This document shows, piece by piece, positions 38,101 through 50,702 of a DNA stretch of 64,000 bases. Both the position numbers and the translations under genes were made by a program. Origin of the DNA: Podarcis melisellensis (lineage: Eukaryota). The notes below the pieces were generated by a model. It did no database searches and was not told where the DNA came from. It saw only the letters and a list, made by a program, of their open reading frames with translations. The stretch lies in NCBI GenBank assembly GCA_964234715.1, contig OZ174281.1; one strand, written 5' to 3'. Position 1 is the first letter of the stretch. The number at the start of each line of letters is the position of its first letter.

Positions 38101-40224
38101 TTTGCATCTATTTGCATTTTCATGATGACAGTACAGCACCTTGTCAATTTAAAAGCCAGGCAAGGTCAAAAATCAAAGATGTTTCAGCTGGCAAATCCAT
38201 ATGCTGGCAACAGCTGACTGCTTTGATAAGCAATAAGCAGTTGCTGGTTAAAGGTGTTTTACTGGAGGCCTGCAGGAGGCAGGTGCCTTTTTTAACATGT
38301 AACTTTAAGAGGTGCACATTCCTTGGCAGCAAATATACAACAAGTGACCAAACATTGAAATTCAAATTACCATCAAAACCCCATTGTGTTGGATAGGAGA
38401 GGATAAGGGAACACAAAACAATGGTTTGCAATATACCAGTTAAATTAGCACTTCATGTAATTTCTGATGTGCACATTCCACTGTGGCTTCATCTGACTAG
38501 TAACAAGATCAAGCAAACATATGCTTGTTGGAAACAGATATGCAGGCAACCATGTATATAGCACATATCCCCAAAACATGTTTATTAATTTATTTAGAAA
38601 AAAAAATGTATGAACTACTTAATCAAAGCTGTATACATAAAGTAATATATAGTATTACTTATAGTATACATAAAGTAATATAAAATAATTGTCAACGATA
38701 CACCCCCCAAAAATCAGCTTTTTTAAAAAAAGCAAATATACAAACACTAAATTGCATGCCTAGGTAGACTTGTTGAAATAAAAATGAAACAATATAGCGT
38801 GGGTGACTGCCTAAGAGGTAGTGTTCCAAAGCACAGTTATTGCCGCACTAAAAGATACAATGCTCCACAAAAGAGGAACAAAGACCCAAAAATAGAAGTG
38901 GCTGAGTAAGTACATGTGGAGCAAGGTGATCCTTCAAGTAAACTGGCCCCAAGCCATTCAGGGCTTTATATACCAATAGGAAAACCTTGAATTTGGCCAG
39001 GTAATAAAGAGGAAGTCAGTGCAGGTCTTTAAGTAAAGGTAATATTGTGGTAAGATCTCAGTCCTGCCAGCAGTTGTGTTGCATTTAGACTGTAACTAAA
39101 GAGAACCAAAGGGATTATATTTCAGTTAGTAGTTTCCTTCCCTACTAACAGTACAAATCAACTCTAGGCCTGAAAGAATTAAGAGTCTGGCAACACACCA
39201 TTCAATTTTTTAAAAAAAAAATCACTGGTGGCAACAGGACTAAATAATTTATTCATCCCAAACCATTATTTATTGTTGCCTTAGCTGAAAAGAAAAGGAG
39301 ATGGACAAAGAGAGACTCTAGCCCTCCAAGCTCTAGATCTTAGTCCCAAAGCATTTTTATGTTCCAGATTGCTTTCACCAATCACTTTTGAAGTTTCCTT
39401 TCGCTTCTCAAGTCTTTAAAAAGTATTACAATTTTGTCTGTTCTTCCCACTATATTAGGACAATTCTTCCCGAGTTCACCTTAGCTGCTATTTACATTAC
39501 AAAATGTGCATATTAATTCCATGAGTACAATTCATGTCTCAAATGGTTTGGCCCCTGACACCAACAATTTGTTCAAAGAGCTGCAATTTTAAAGTCTCTA
39601 TGGCATAAAAAGTGCTGTATTTTAATCTATTTTAACTGCTGATTTACTGCTGGTTATATTCTAAATGATTTGCATTTGTAACATAACGAGCAATAAATTG
39701 TATTGTATTGATTTTCTAGTCATTTGTATTATATTGAGAGCCGCACTGGCTGAATACGGTAATTGTATACAAATACACAAAATGAATGAATAGGTAAATG
39801 TTTAATATAAGAAAGCAGTCAGTTTAACTAAAGCTAGTCCATGGACCTTAGAATTCAGCTTCTGAAGTTTCTCAAGTAACCTTAAGCACCCAACAGCCTA
39901 GTACTAATGTATCCTGGCCCATAGCCAACAGCAGCCTGAAGGACCATGGTGCCCTGCCCTGGGAGCCCACCCCCTCATATATTGAGCAAATCACACTGGC
40001 ATTGAAAAAAGCAATGAAATCAGAGGCTGAGAAGACATTGCAAGCCTCATGGCATTAGAGGGAAAAGTGGAAACAATATGGAGGAGGTTTGACTACAGTC
40101 ACAGTCATACTGATGAGTCCTTTGTTAGTCTGCAAATAAATATATGGGTTATCACAATTTGCAGCAAACAATGTTAAACATTAACTCGTTAGTATAAAGT
40201 AATTTGTGTTATAATAGATATATA

Positions 40225-40412
40225 CAGGTAATTCACAACTTACAGACATTTAACTTGTGTGTGTTCAGCACTTGGCAGATAAATAAATAAATTAATATGC
40301 GGAAAGTGGGCAGGGTTCTGAGAAAAATGACTTTGGCAATCCCACCCACCATTGAACCCAGTAGGTTTAGACTTTATGTGCAATCCCCAGAGTGTAAGTT
40401 GAGAATTGCCTG
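40225..40412. mobile_element. Tc1/mariner (Tigger-like) MITE
   Basis: 20-bp TIR CAGGTAATTCACAACTTACA / TGTAAGTTGAGAATTGCCTG (2 mismatches), TA on both sides. Confidence 0.8.
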
Positions 40413-40444
40413 TATGTGCATGTCATTTACAATACCAATAATTT

Positions 40445-40547
40445 AATGTCACAGTTCTTAAACAGAGTTTTCTTCCTTTTTATGTATCCTTTGAAGAATG
40501 TCACAGTTCTTAAACAGTTTTCTTCATTTTTATGTATGCTTTTGAAG
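40445..40547. repeat. About 52-bp tandem duplication
   Basis: AATGTCACAGTTCTTAAACAG...TTTTTATGTAT..TTTGAAG twice, at 40445 and 40497. Confidence 0.9.
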
Positions 40548-40934
40548 ATATGTATCGGTTTGAAAATGGCTTAATATACAGCACCCACATAATTTAGCAA
40601 TAATGATTGAAGTATGCGAGGAAATATTGACTACAAATTAAACATCTGGTGGATTATTATAAATGCCTATTATTCAGTTTAAATACTAGGGTATACTTTG
40701 GGGAAATTTCTTAGGACAGAGAAATAATGAAGAGATAAAGCAATTTTACTAGCTAATTGTTCTCCCTAAACTGTTTGTGTCTTGGACTTTTGCACTGGGA
40801 GAATGTTTAATAGAGTACAAGCTCAAGACTATGGCTCATTATATGACAATATCTACAGAGTGTTTCTCAGCTACAAAGGGAACTATGGGGCCTGCCATTT
40901 GCCATATAACCAATAAAGAATCTACACCATGGAT

Positions 40935-41175
40935 AGATGCTCTGAAGCAACAAGTCCTTCAAGTATTCAAAGAGTGCTGTCATTCCCCTTTCAGTCTTCC
41001 TCTTCAGGGTAAACATGCCAAATCCCTTCACCAATTTTTCATTGGAAGGGGTATCCATAATGTGAGAATCTTCACTACTCTCCTATGGATCCCATCCAAA
41101 CTTCCTATATCTATCTTAAATTAAAGTACCCAGAAGTGGGCACTGTGCTGCTGAAGATGACTGTGTAATGCAGAA
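40935..41175 (-). mobile_element. Old CR1 LINE ORF2 fragment
   Basis: EKLVKGFGMFTLKRKTERGMTALFEYLKD resembles the CR1 ORF2 C-terminal motif [29 protein letters not shown]. Confidence 0.6.
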
Positions 41176-41411
41176 TAAAGTGGACCTAAAATGAAATCAG
41201 CAAAGAAATACGTCGCACCACCTACAAAAGGGAGTGTGCCAGTGAGCAAACTTCTAGACTAAATAAGAACATGGGTCCATCCAGACTGAAAGAAGAAACA
41301 GAATGCAGTATAGACATTATATTACCAGGTAGCAAAGAGGAATCAATAAGTATATCACACACATACCCTGTGAGAAATAGAAAGAAAGAAATATATACAC
41401 ACAAAAATACA

Positions 41412-41621
41412 AAAAAAATTCCTTCTAGTAGCACCTTAAAGACCAACTAAGTCAGTTCTTGGTATGAGCTTTCGTGTGCATGCACACTTCTTCAGATACA
41501 CACAAGTGTGCATGCACACGAAAGCTCATACCAAGAACTGACTTAGTTGGTCTTTAAGGTGCTACTGGAAGGAAATTTTTTTGTTTTGACTATGGCAGAC
41601 CAACACGGCTACCTATCTGTA
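41412..41621. mobile_element. Penelope-like element remnant with inverted pseudo-LTR segments
   Basis: 13-bp TSD ACACAAAAATACA (41399-41411 and 41622-41634); 71-bp inverted repeat; hammerhead-like motif; terminus ...CAGACCAACACGGCTACC recognised as squamate Penelope-like. Confidence 0.8.
41462..41499 (-). ncRNA. Minimal hammerhead ribozyme-like motif (Penelope type)
   Basis: Minus strand GUAU-CUGAAGA-A-GUGUG-CAUG-CACAC-GAAA-GC-UC-AUAC: helix I GUAU/AUAC, CUGANGA box, helix II, GAAA box, UH site. Confidence 0.7.
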
Positions 41622-43006
41622 ACACAAAAATACACACACCTGTCTATGTAGGGCAAGGACAGTTAACTTTTTTTTCTGTCAAAGGAAACTGAGGACTGGC
41701 CACCTCTCAGAGGGTGACATACCAGTGGTGGCTATGGCCAATGCACATGTGTGGAGGCACACACACAGCATACAGATAGGCAGGAAGGCATGCACACCGA
41801 GTCACACATTCGGGCATGCAACACTGCAATGAAGACTTTAAAATGCTTTGGTTCTGCTCTCTCAGAGCAGTGCTAGAGTGGGAGGCTTTCCTACTCAGCT
41901 CTGCATCTAGAGCAATGTGAAAGCATTTCTCAATTGCAGTGCTAAGAAATGAGGCAATCCTACCTCGGCACTGTAATGGAGAAGAAAAACAAATCAATGT
42001 GTTCAGTCATTCAATCAACACATTCAAATGTACTCTTGCCTGGCAAAAGCACCTGTTCTGCTCTCCTGGTTTGGTACTACTGCAAAAAAGAAAAGAAAGA
42101 AAGCTTTCCTTCCTGTTTCCTGAGCTCGAAAACCTTGCCATTGTACCATTGGGAGGGAGAAGTGCCTTTGTAGGAAAAACTGAGGCAGAGGCTCCTGATT
42201 TCTGGAGCACTGGTGATACCCTACAGTATCCCTCAGCAGAACATTTTTTAAACAATTAATTGCTAAATTATTGAGGGTCCTGGGAGCCACCCAAACCGCT
42301 TGGGGTGGGGGGGATTCAGCCCAAGGGCCACAGATCAGGGTCAGGCAGTAAATATAAACAACTTGAAACATCACTTTACCCATCCTAAACCAACTATAAT
42401 GATCCCTTTAGTGAAGAAAAGCCTGAAGGTTTAGCCAGTTGTCAGGAACACTTTGTCTGTAATACAGTAATAGCACATGTCCACCTCTTCCAGTTGACTG
42501 ATTTCAATGTTTACAGTAGGTCAGTCATATGAACTGTTGACTTCTGGGCAGAAAGAATTTAACTGTACAAGTTCCTTTCTTGTGATATAGTCATTTAAAA
42601 GCCCGAAAAGCTAACAATGTTCCACCAAACTTTGCTCTTAATGCAGGAGGTCTAGGTCAAGAGTTTGCAAGCAGAACAGTATGTAAAATTTAAGGGAGTG
42701 AACATTCAGAGTATGCCTCTATTTGCATTTTCCCCCTTTCCCAATACTAATATAGCCTTTTTGTAACAACAGTGGAGTGTCCCATCCTATACCAGCCTAA
42801 TGTAAATAGCAGGTTTGCTCATGTGTGAGTGAAAGAGAGTGCACACAGGTGACAAAATTAATACTACCCAGTTTCATTTTAAATCCCATGAGATTTATGA
42901 CACAATGTTGCACAACTATTTCTTGCAGTAAAAATGTCACTGCACATATACATTCCCTAGCATTAGAACATAGGAAGATGGCTTATATACAATCCTTTAC
43001 CCATTA

Positions 43007-43356
43007 AAGGTAAAGGGACCCCTGACCATTAGGTCCAGTCGTGGCCGACTCTGGGGTTGCGGCGCTCATCTCGCTTTATTGGCCGAGGGAGCCGGCGTAC
43101 AGCGTCTGGGTCATGTGGCCAGCATGACTAAGCCGCTTCTGGCAAACCAGAGCAGCGCATGGAAATGCCGTTTACCTTCCCGCCTGAGTGGTACCTATTT
43201 ATCTACTTGCACTTCGATGTGCTTTCTAACTGCTGGGTTGGCAGGAGCAGGGACCGAGCTATGGGAGCTCACCCCATCGCGGGGATTCAAACCACCGACC
43301 TTCTGATCAGCAAGTCCTAGGCTCTGTGGTTTAACCCACAGCGCCACCCGCGTCCC
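43007..43356 (-). mobile_element. Sauria SINE, full length
   Basis: 5' GGGACGCGGGTGGCGCTGTGGGTTAAACC (tRNA-like A/B boxes), ACCTTT-type tail; 8-bp TSD ACCCATTA (42999-43006, 43357-43364). Confidence 0.93.
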
Positions 43357-46300
43357 ACCCATTAGCTTGTTCAATTAGCTTGGTATTGTCTACACTGAAT
43401 TGCAGGGTCTCATAGACTTGGGACTTTCTGCATGCAAGGCAAATGTTCTGTCCCTGATAGTCTTGTAGTGAATTCTCTCAGTGCAAATATAGAAAATACA
43501 GAATTACCATGTAGCCTTGTGTCTGAATGCTGAAACACCTATCCTTTGAGAATGGATGATAAAGTTTGACTAAGGAGCTTACTGCTAACGTTCTTCTATC
43601 AGTTATCATTCCATCAAAATATGAGTTTTGTCACTTTCCTTAAGAACTGCAGGCAGTCAACAGATTAATAATATTTAAACTAATTGGATTCAGCTAAGAA
43701 ATGGAAATACCAATAAATGAGGCAATAATAATAATAATACTAATATGCAATACTTTAAAGACTTGTAAAAAAATCACTGAGTTATCCTGGTATTGCCACA
43801 CAGGGAACCCTCCTTTAAAACATTTGCAACACAGGCAGCTATTGGTGCATCATCTTTGGCACTGATTTGCAAACTCAGGGTTAGCTGAAAATCCTTTGAA
43901 CATTCTTAATCAAAACCCTAAAATACCCTTGGTTCACTTCTCTCAGGAAAAAAATGCTTCACAAATGCACAGACATTCCTTACTATGTGGCTTGTAAGGA
44001 AGAGCAAGGTAGCAATTTATACACATTCATGGGAGTAAGCCCCATTGAACTTAATGGCTCTTACTTCTGAGCAAATGTGCACATGATTGCACTGTAAACC
44101 TTACACATGCAGGCTAGGTTGTTGGCCTTGAATTAACACCTTGTTTCTATCAGGGAATTTATTCCAGACTATTTTCCTTTGTTCTCCTTCTCCATTCACA
44201 GGCCATTGCATGCAAGCCAGCAAATGAATTATCTTGAATAAAATACTCATTTGTTCTAAGCATAAAGACACAAAGAGAAGTAGCGTTTGGTATTTCTGGC
44301 CATGTTGTTCTTAGGCCACAATAATAGTTTTGCCATGTAATGTAGAAATCCCATAACAAAAACATGGGGACAACCTTTCTTGCTACTCAACTGGCAACAG
44401 CTTAACTCATTCAAGCAGCAAACTAAAATGTTAAATATCTGTTACCTAAAATGTCACGTGGGAACCATTCCTTTGTGTCTTGTAGTTATGCAAAATAATG
44501 GACTGTAGTAACATGCCTGTAGCACAATGAGTAGCTTATTTTTGTTTTATAAAGACCTTAGTTCAATAATACTGTGTTAAATTTCAATTTGTGGTCTACA
44601 AATGTAGATATTTTAAACACACATTCTTTTGCTACTCTATCATAGATTGTTTCTTTATTCCATATAGCATGTTTGGATCTGTCTGTATTAAAAACAATCC
44701 TTGCTGTGCAATTTTAAAATCTTGCTTAAAATGTAATGCTAATATATGAAGGGATAGTACAGCACAATTCTATGCATTGTTTACCCCAATGTAAGCCCCA
44801 CTAAATACCATGTGTGTACAGGATTGCAGTCTACAACCTCCACTGAATCTCATACTGCCTCTGTGTTGCAAGTACACATTAATGTAAATTAAGCTTCATT
44901 AGAAATAAACTTCTTATGATCGATTAGAAAGTGTTGATAATACTCAGTTAAGGGTTTCTGATTTTTTCCATTTAATTTCACACACACCCTTTAATCTTTT
45001 AAACAAAAAAAAAAAATAGTGCTGGAGAAAAATGGCAATGCTAACAATTTACCCAGCAACACAGTTGCACTATATCTGCATTTAAAATGTCTTCTTCTAA
45101 TAGATTTTCAGTGTGCAGATCAATGTCTCACACTTTTGTATATTATAGTAACAATCATACAAGTGTCAGTGACATTGTATAATATGGCACACTTTCTATT
45201 GGGGCCAAGAGTTTATTTTTAATAACCCTTGAGCTCACAATCCTAAAAAGCCAGCACTAATCTAAACAGAAAAAAGCCCCAACAACCAAAGGATTGCTAA
45301 ATCCCAATAAGAAGATTGGTGACCTAGTCCTCATTTTGGAATCAGACCAAATTAGGGCCTTTTCTCATGACATCAGCAACAGAGCTCTCAGCAGGCCTAG
45401 TATTATGAACTAAAACTGTAATATTCAGGACAGTTTCTTAAATTTTATGAAATGACACATGCAGGGGCAGAAACAAACATGTAGACACACATCCTCACAC
45501 ATACAAGCTACCCACGCCACACATGGTTTTATACTCTGTCTGAAGCAATTGGTGTGCAACAGAACCACACTAGTTACTCCAGCCTCTCTCTTTCAAGAAT
45601 CCCAGTGCGGCAACCCTTGTAGCGTGAATTCAAAGTTCTAACCTCTAACCTGCTCTAAAGCTGCTGTGCAGTTAAGAGTGGGCAATAAATATTTTAAATA
45701 AAAAGAGATGGTCAGTGGGGAAGAGAGAAAAGGCAATTCAGGCACAATTTTTAGAATAAGTGGATTGAATGGAACAGTCCAGGGAGAAAATAAGCCCAAT
45801 TGAGCTGGTCCCCCCCCCCCCCCCGTTAACTCACTTTCAGTCTTGCCCAGGTGGTATCTCTCCCTTTGTAATGGCTACTGCTGGCTGGTAGCTGAAGGAA
45901 AGAGGAGCCACTTCCAAGTTGGCCCACTTCCATTTCTCCCTGTGCTGTTGTAGTCTGTCGGGTGGAATGGCAGCTAAAAGCTGTATATTGTTCGAGAAAT
46001 ATTAGCAAGAAATTGTTTGCTGGTAGTACTCGAATCTTGTAAGACCCATAGACAAGAAACTTAATATGGAAGCTCACAAAGATGAGTGCAGCATAACAAG
46101 CTTGTTATCAATATAAGCTAATGCTGGCAAGATTGTCTGTTGTATGTCAAAATATTTTGGGTTTTAGAAATAACGTTAAATAGCAAATTTGCCTAATTGT
46201 ACTCATGATTCACTCAAACTGGCCAGATTCTAATGCATGAGTTGTCAACACGACTCTGGCAGGCATTCCCTGGTGCTCACAGGGACCTGTTCCACACACA

Positions 46301-47656
46301 CCAATCTAGCTGAAATGGGGCTTGAAAGAAACCTTGTAAAGTAGTCAATAGAAGGCATTTCTCACATCCATTTGCAACATGAAGGGGTTAACTCTCCAGC
46401 TGCTGACTAATATGGTCAGAGTTCAAGAGGGAAGATAGTTCTGTTAGAAAATGTGGATTCTGCTTCCAGTCAATATGAGAGCATATTTATCACCCCATGA
46501 ACCTCCATTTCAAAAAAGAGAATTAAAAATGGGCAAAATGTTATAGATATTTTGTTAAATCTGGTTATGAAAAACTGTAACAGACACAGTAATATACAGT
46601 TTACCTCAAATGTCAATGCAGCTAAGAACATCTCAGGCGAGGCAAGCAAAAGGTAGGTATTTTGCTAGCAGTGAGATGGTGGCAGCGGCAGCAGAAATGG
46701 TAGTGGATGGGATCGGAAGTACTTCACACTCTTTCTCTTCCAGCCTTCTCTTCCCTACTGGATGCTTCCTCAGCTGGTTAAATCTCACCACCACCATGTG
46801 ATTCTCATCATGACTGGTGTCATGCTACTATTAAGGGTCCGTCCCCCCATAAGCTTAATAACAGGATGAATGCACAGGGCAGGTAATTTCAATCAGAACT
46901 AGATATAAAGATCAGAAATAGATTTAAAGATTTAAAGCTCCTGAGCAGCTTCCTCTTCTCCCTCCCTGCTAGGTTGGCTAGTTACACAGAAACAATTAAA
47001 TACCCTTCCTTTCCATTGGAGGTCCTTGTCACAGCTTAGTCACAGAATAGAATGAAACAAAACCAGGTTTTCCTACTAATTCAAGGAGAAAATAATTCTG
47101 ACTTGGCAAAATATGACCATTGGCTTCCAAGATGTGTGTGCTGTGGGAGGAAGTGGTGGACGGCCATGCCATTCAGTGAAGGAAGTGAAGGAAGCTAGAC
47201 ACAGACATTTTTACAGCCTCTTTTCCTTCATCCCCAACTGAACCTGGTGCGTTGGATAGTTGTTTCTGTGTTGGATATGTTTTGCTTTTAGAAGTTTTAA
47301 TTGTTTTATCACCTGTGTGCTTGCTGCCATGGGTTCCTTTGGGATATAAATTTAATAAAGTTCTGGTTGCTTGCCTTGGTCATGCCTTCCAGGAAGGAGA
47401 GGGAAATCCTATCCCTGTTTTATATTGCAAGAGACTCTTGACCTATGCTGCTACCAGTGCTGACAAACCTAGAAAGCACATTTTTTGCTGAGAATCTATT
47501 GACCTTTATACACAACAAAATCTTTCAGGCTTACACGATCAACATTTACATTACTCTGTCAAGGCACACCCACACTTGGGATTTCCCCCTCCATTTGAAG
47601 AGAAACTCAGATATGAATAAACCGGTTTGTTATTTTCAGCGTCCTATTTTCAACAA

Positions 47657-48026
47657 GGGGACGTGGGTGGCGCTGTGGGTAAAACCTCAGTGCCTAGGAC
47701 TTGCCGATCGCATGTTCGGCGGTTTGAATCCCCGCGGCGGGGTGAGCTCCCGTCTTTCGGTCCCAGCTCCTGCCCACCTAGCAGTTCGAAAGCACGCTTA
47801 AGAGGCAAGTAGATAAATAGGTACCGCTTTATAGCGGGAAGGTAAACGGCATTTCCGTGTGCTGCTCTGGTGCCGGTACGCCAGAGCAGCTTCGTCACGC
47901 TGGCCACGTGACCCGGAAGTGTCTGCGGACAGCGCTGGCTCCCGGCCTCTAGAGTGAGATGAGCGCACAACCCTAGAGTCTGTCAAGACTGGCCCGTACG
48001 GGCAGGGGTACCTTTACCTTTACCTT
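47657..48026 (+). mobile_element. Sauria SINE, full length, different subfamily from the copy at 43007
   Basis: GGGACGTGGGTGGCGCTGTGGGTAAAACC ... (ACCTTT)3 tail; 12-bp TSD TATTTTCAACAA (47645-47656, 48027-48038). Confidence 0.94.
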
Positions 48027-49664
48027 TATTTTCAACAAAGGCCAACCAGATAACTTCAAGATACTGGCCATAAAGAAAACAGCCCTCCCAATCATGTTGT
48101 CTCCTGCTTGCGGGCATCCCATTGAGATCTGGTTGGACACTGTCACAACAGGATGCTGGACCAGATTATATTTGGCCTCATCTAGCAGGGCTCTTCTTAT
48201 TTTCTATGGAGGAAGAGCTGGTCCAATTATTAAGCCCACTTAAGGAAGCTACAGTTCTGAAGGAACCAACACAAACTGGCTGGCATCAGCACCAACCCAC
48301 TCCCCACACTCAGAATCAGAACTCTGATTGCAGGTCAGGAAGGGGTACAGCAGCTAAACCAGCTATAAACCTGCTTAGCTGGAACGTAGCCAGAATTGAA
48401 GCAACACCATATCCTGCTATGCTCTCTGCTGGACAACTCTCTTATCCTTAATATCTTGACGTCTCATCCCTAGATAGTTCATTGGTCTCTCTGAATTTTG
48501 AGCAACATGTAAGGGATGGCTGGAATGGGATACAGCAACTGCTATTCAGTGGTAGATACCCTATAAACTAAATCATTTAGTTATAGCAGCTAATAGCCAC
48601 CGATAGACCTCTCATCCACATTTTTTAAACATTGCTCATGATGATGTGATGCGGCAGGCTTGACAGCTGTGCCTGATGAGCTGCCCATCAACTGGAAGGA
48701 CCCTTCTCCTTAACATAATCTAGGGAAAGGGGGGAAGAGAGAGAAAGAGAGAGAGCACACAGCTTCACTGACAGTTGAGACGTGTCAGAGAAGCTAGGTG
48801 ACATCTCCCAAACCTGTCCTTGTTACACACACAGCTGTTCTAAGCCTTCACTTGAGACCCTAGGGATAGGAATAAGGTAGGTAGGAATTGTTAACAAGCT
48901 TGTTTGCATTAGAACTGGAATGTATGTTCTATAAGCTAACCCTTTCCCCCAATCATCAAGCTCTGTCCTTTTAGTCTAGGAATAATGTTAAGCACTATTT
49001 TCGGAATTTGGTGGAACTTTGGTGGACTCCTGACTGGAGAAATATTTCCCTGCTGTCTTCTCCCTTGATGCCTGACCTTCTACCCTGCTCACATTGTTCC
49101 GATTTATAAGGAATAAGGGTGCTCTCAGACCAAGAAGAGAAAAGTAGCAAAACAAGGAGTAGTGGCATTAACCTCACTGGGGCAGAAATAGGATGTGTTT
49201 TGCTTTTTATTTAATATTGGAGAGGCTCCTAGGTCAAAGGCGTTGAGCATCAAGTTTCCCTTTTAAAGTAATCATCACCATAGCTTGTGACCACAAATTT
49301 CCATATGAACTAAGCATTATGAATAAGTGCTTTTCTTCTGAACTGTTTGTTAATCAATTTCATTTCTTGACTCTGAATTCTACTACTGTAAGATAAAAGG
49401 TCCGTAGTCATTTTCTCAACATAGGCAAACTTTCACAAACCTCTATCATGTCCCAACCCATTATCATAAACTTCTATCCTGTCCTCACACTCAGTTACCT
49501 TTCTTCCTAAGCTAAAAAGCCTCTACATTTCCTCATTAGGAAGGTGGTCCAACCACTGTATCACCTTGCTTCCTCTTTTTACACCTTTTCCCAGTTCTAA
49601 ATATATATATATATATATTAAATGGAGAGCACTACAAATACACCCACAACATATATTTATTATA

Positions 49665-49838
49665 CAGTGGTACCCTGGGTTAAGAACTTTGCTTCAGGAT
49701 GAGAACAGAAATTGTGCTCCTGCGGCGTGGCGGCAGCGGGTGGCCCCATTAGCTAAAGAGGTGCTTCAGGTTAAGAACAGTTTCAGGTTAAGAACAAACC
49801 TCCGGAACGAATTAAGTTCTTAACACGAGGCACCGCTG
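49665..49838. mobile_element. Tc1/mariner-type MITE (CAGTGGTACC TIR), short deletion derivative, apparently within an old CR1-like fragment
   Basis: TA|CAGTGGTACC ... GGCACCGCTG|TA; inverted homolog of 52763-53003. Confidence 0.85.
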
Positions 49839-50504
49839 TACAAGCATTACAATCTTGGTGGCAGTTTATTTTCAGTCTATTTCCCAATAATCCCTAGCAT
49901 GGAATTGGCTTTTTTCACCACTGCCTCACAAGGCTGCCTTTGATGCTATACAAATTGCTTGCTCTTTCTGAACAGTTATCACCAAGATCCATACCCTGAG
50001 AATAAAAGTGTGAAATTCTAGACAGGCCTTTCTTTGAAGAGTATGTGAACCAAAAGTCTCTTGACTGATAGAAAGCCTGAAACAGCACACTTCAGATAGA
50101 TTCAGACACAGCTATAGAATCCAACTGCGGTACAGAATAACCAGCAGTTCCCGATCTGTATCATTACTGTCTCTTTTCCTTGCTCGTGTTTCCCACTGCT
50201 CTATACTCTCACTGCCCATCAATATCACAAGGGCAAATATATTTTGGGGGAAAGGCTGAATTGCTAGGTGAATTATCACATAGAGCCTTGGGAGAAGGAT
50301 TATTCAATTTCTGTTTTTGTTTTCTACTGCCAGTATTCCAGACTGAATACACACAAACCACATGTTTTAAAAGCATATTTCCTTTCTTAGAGGTACTCTC
50401 CTTTTGATATAAAAGAGAAGTTTCCTTTGCAACCAGCCTTCATCAAATAAACACCTTAGATCATATATAGTAAAAAATCTTCCTCCCTCCCTTTGAGTAT
50501 TTAC

Positions 50505-50702
50505 CTCCACTTCACAGCCGTATTCTGAGCCATCTAGAAGGATTACTTTGCACTGCATATTTTTCGGTTTTTTGACAATCTTTAGAGGAGATCTGGAAAG
50601 CTTGCTTGAGGATGATTTCTGAGAGAGCTTGTCGTCTTCAAACTGCTGGTATTCCAGTTGTTTTGCTGCTGCAGCAGCAAATTCGCGTTCTTTGTCACTG
50701 CC
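50505..50702 (-). CDS. EPB41L3: EPB41L3 exon 3 (GSDKEREFAAAAAKQLEYQQ...MQCKVILLDGSEYGCEVE), start of FERM domain
   Basis: tttgtag|GGC ... GAG|gtaaat; 198 nt; contains the internal Met (50558) that starts the DAL-1-type short form. Confidence 0.97.

Noticed and set aside
47627-47986. ORFs over the SINEs (also 43079-43306) and tRNA-like boxes
   Set aside because: Explained by GC-rich Sauria SINE sequence; not genes or tRNAs.
48637-48680. ATGATGA...CTGA resembling a C/D box snoRNA
   Set aside because: Only about 40 nt, antisense to the host gene, and no terminal stem.
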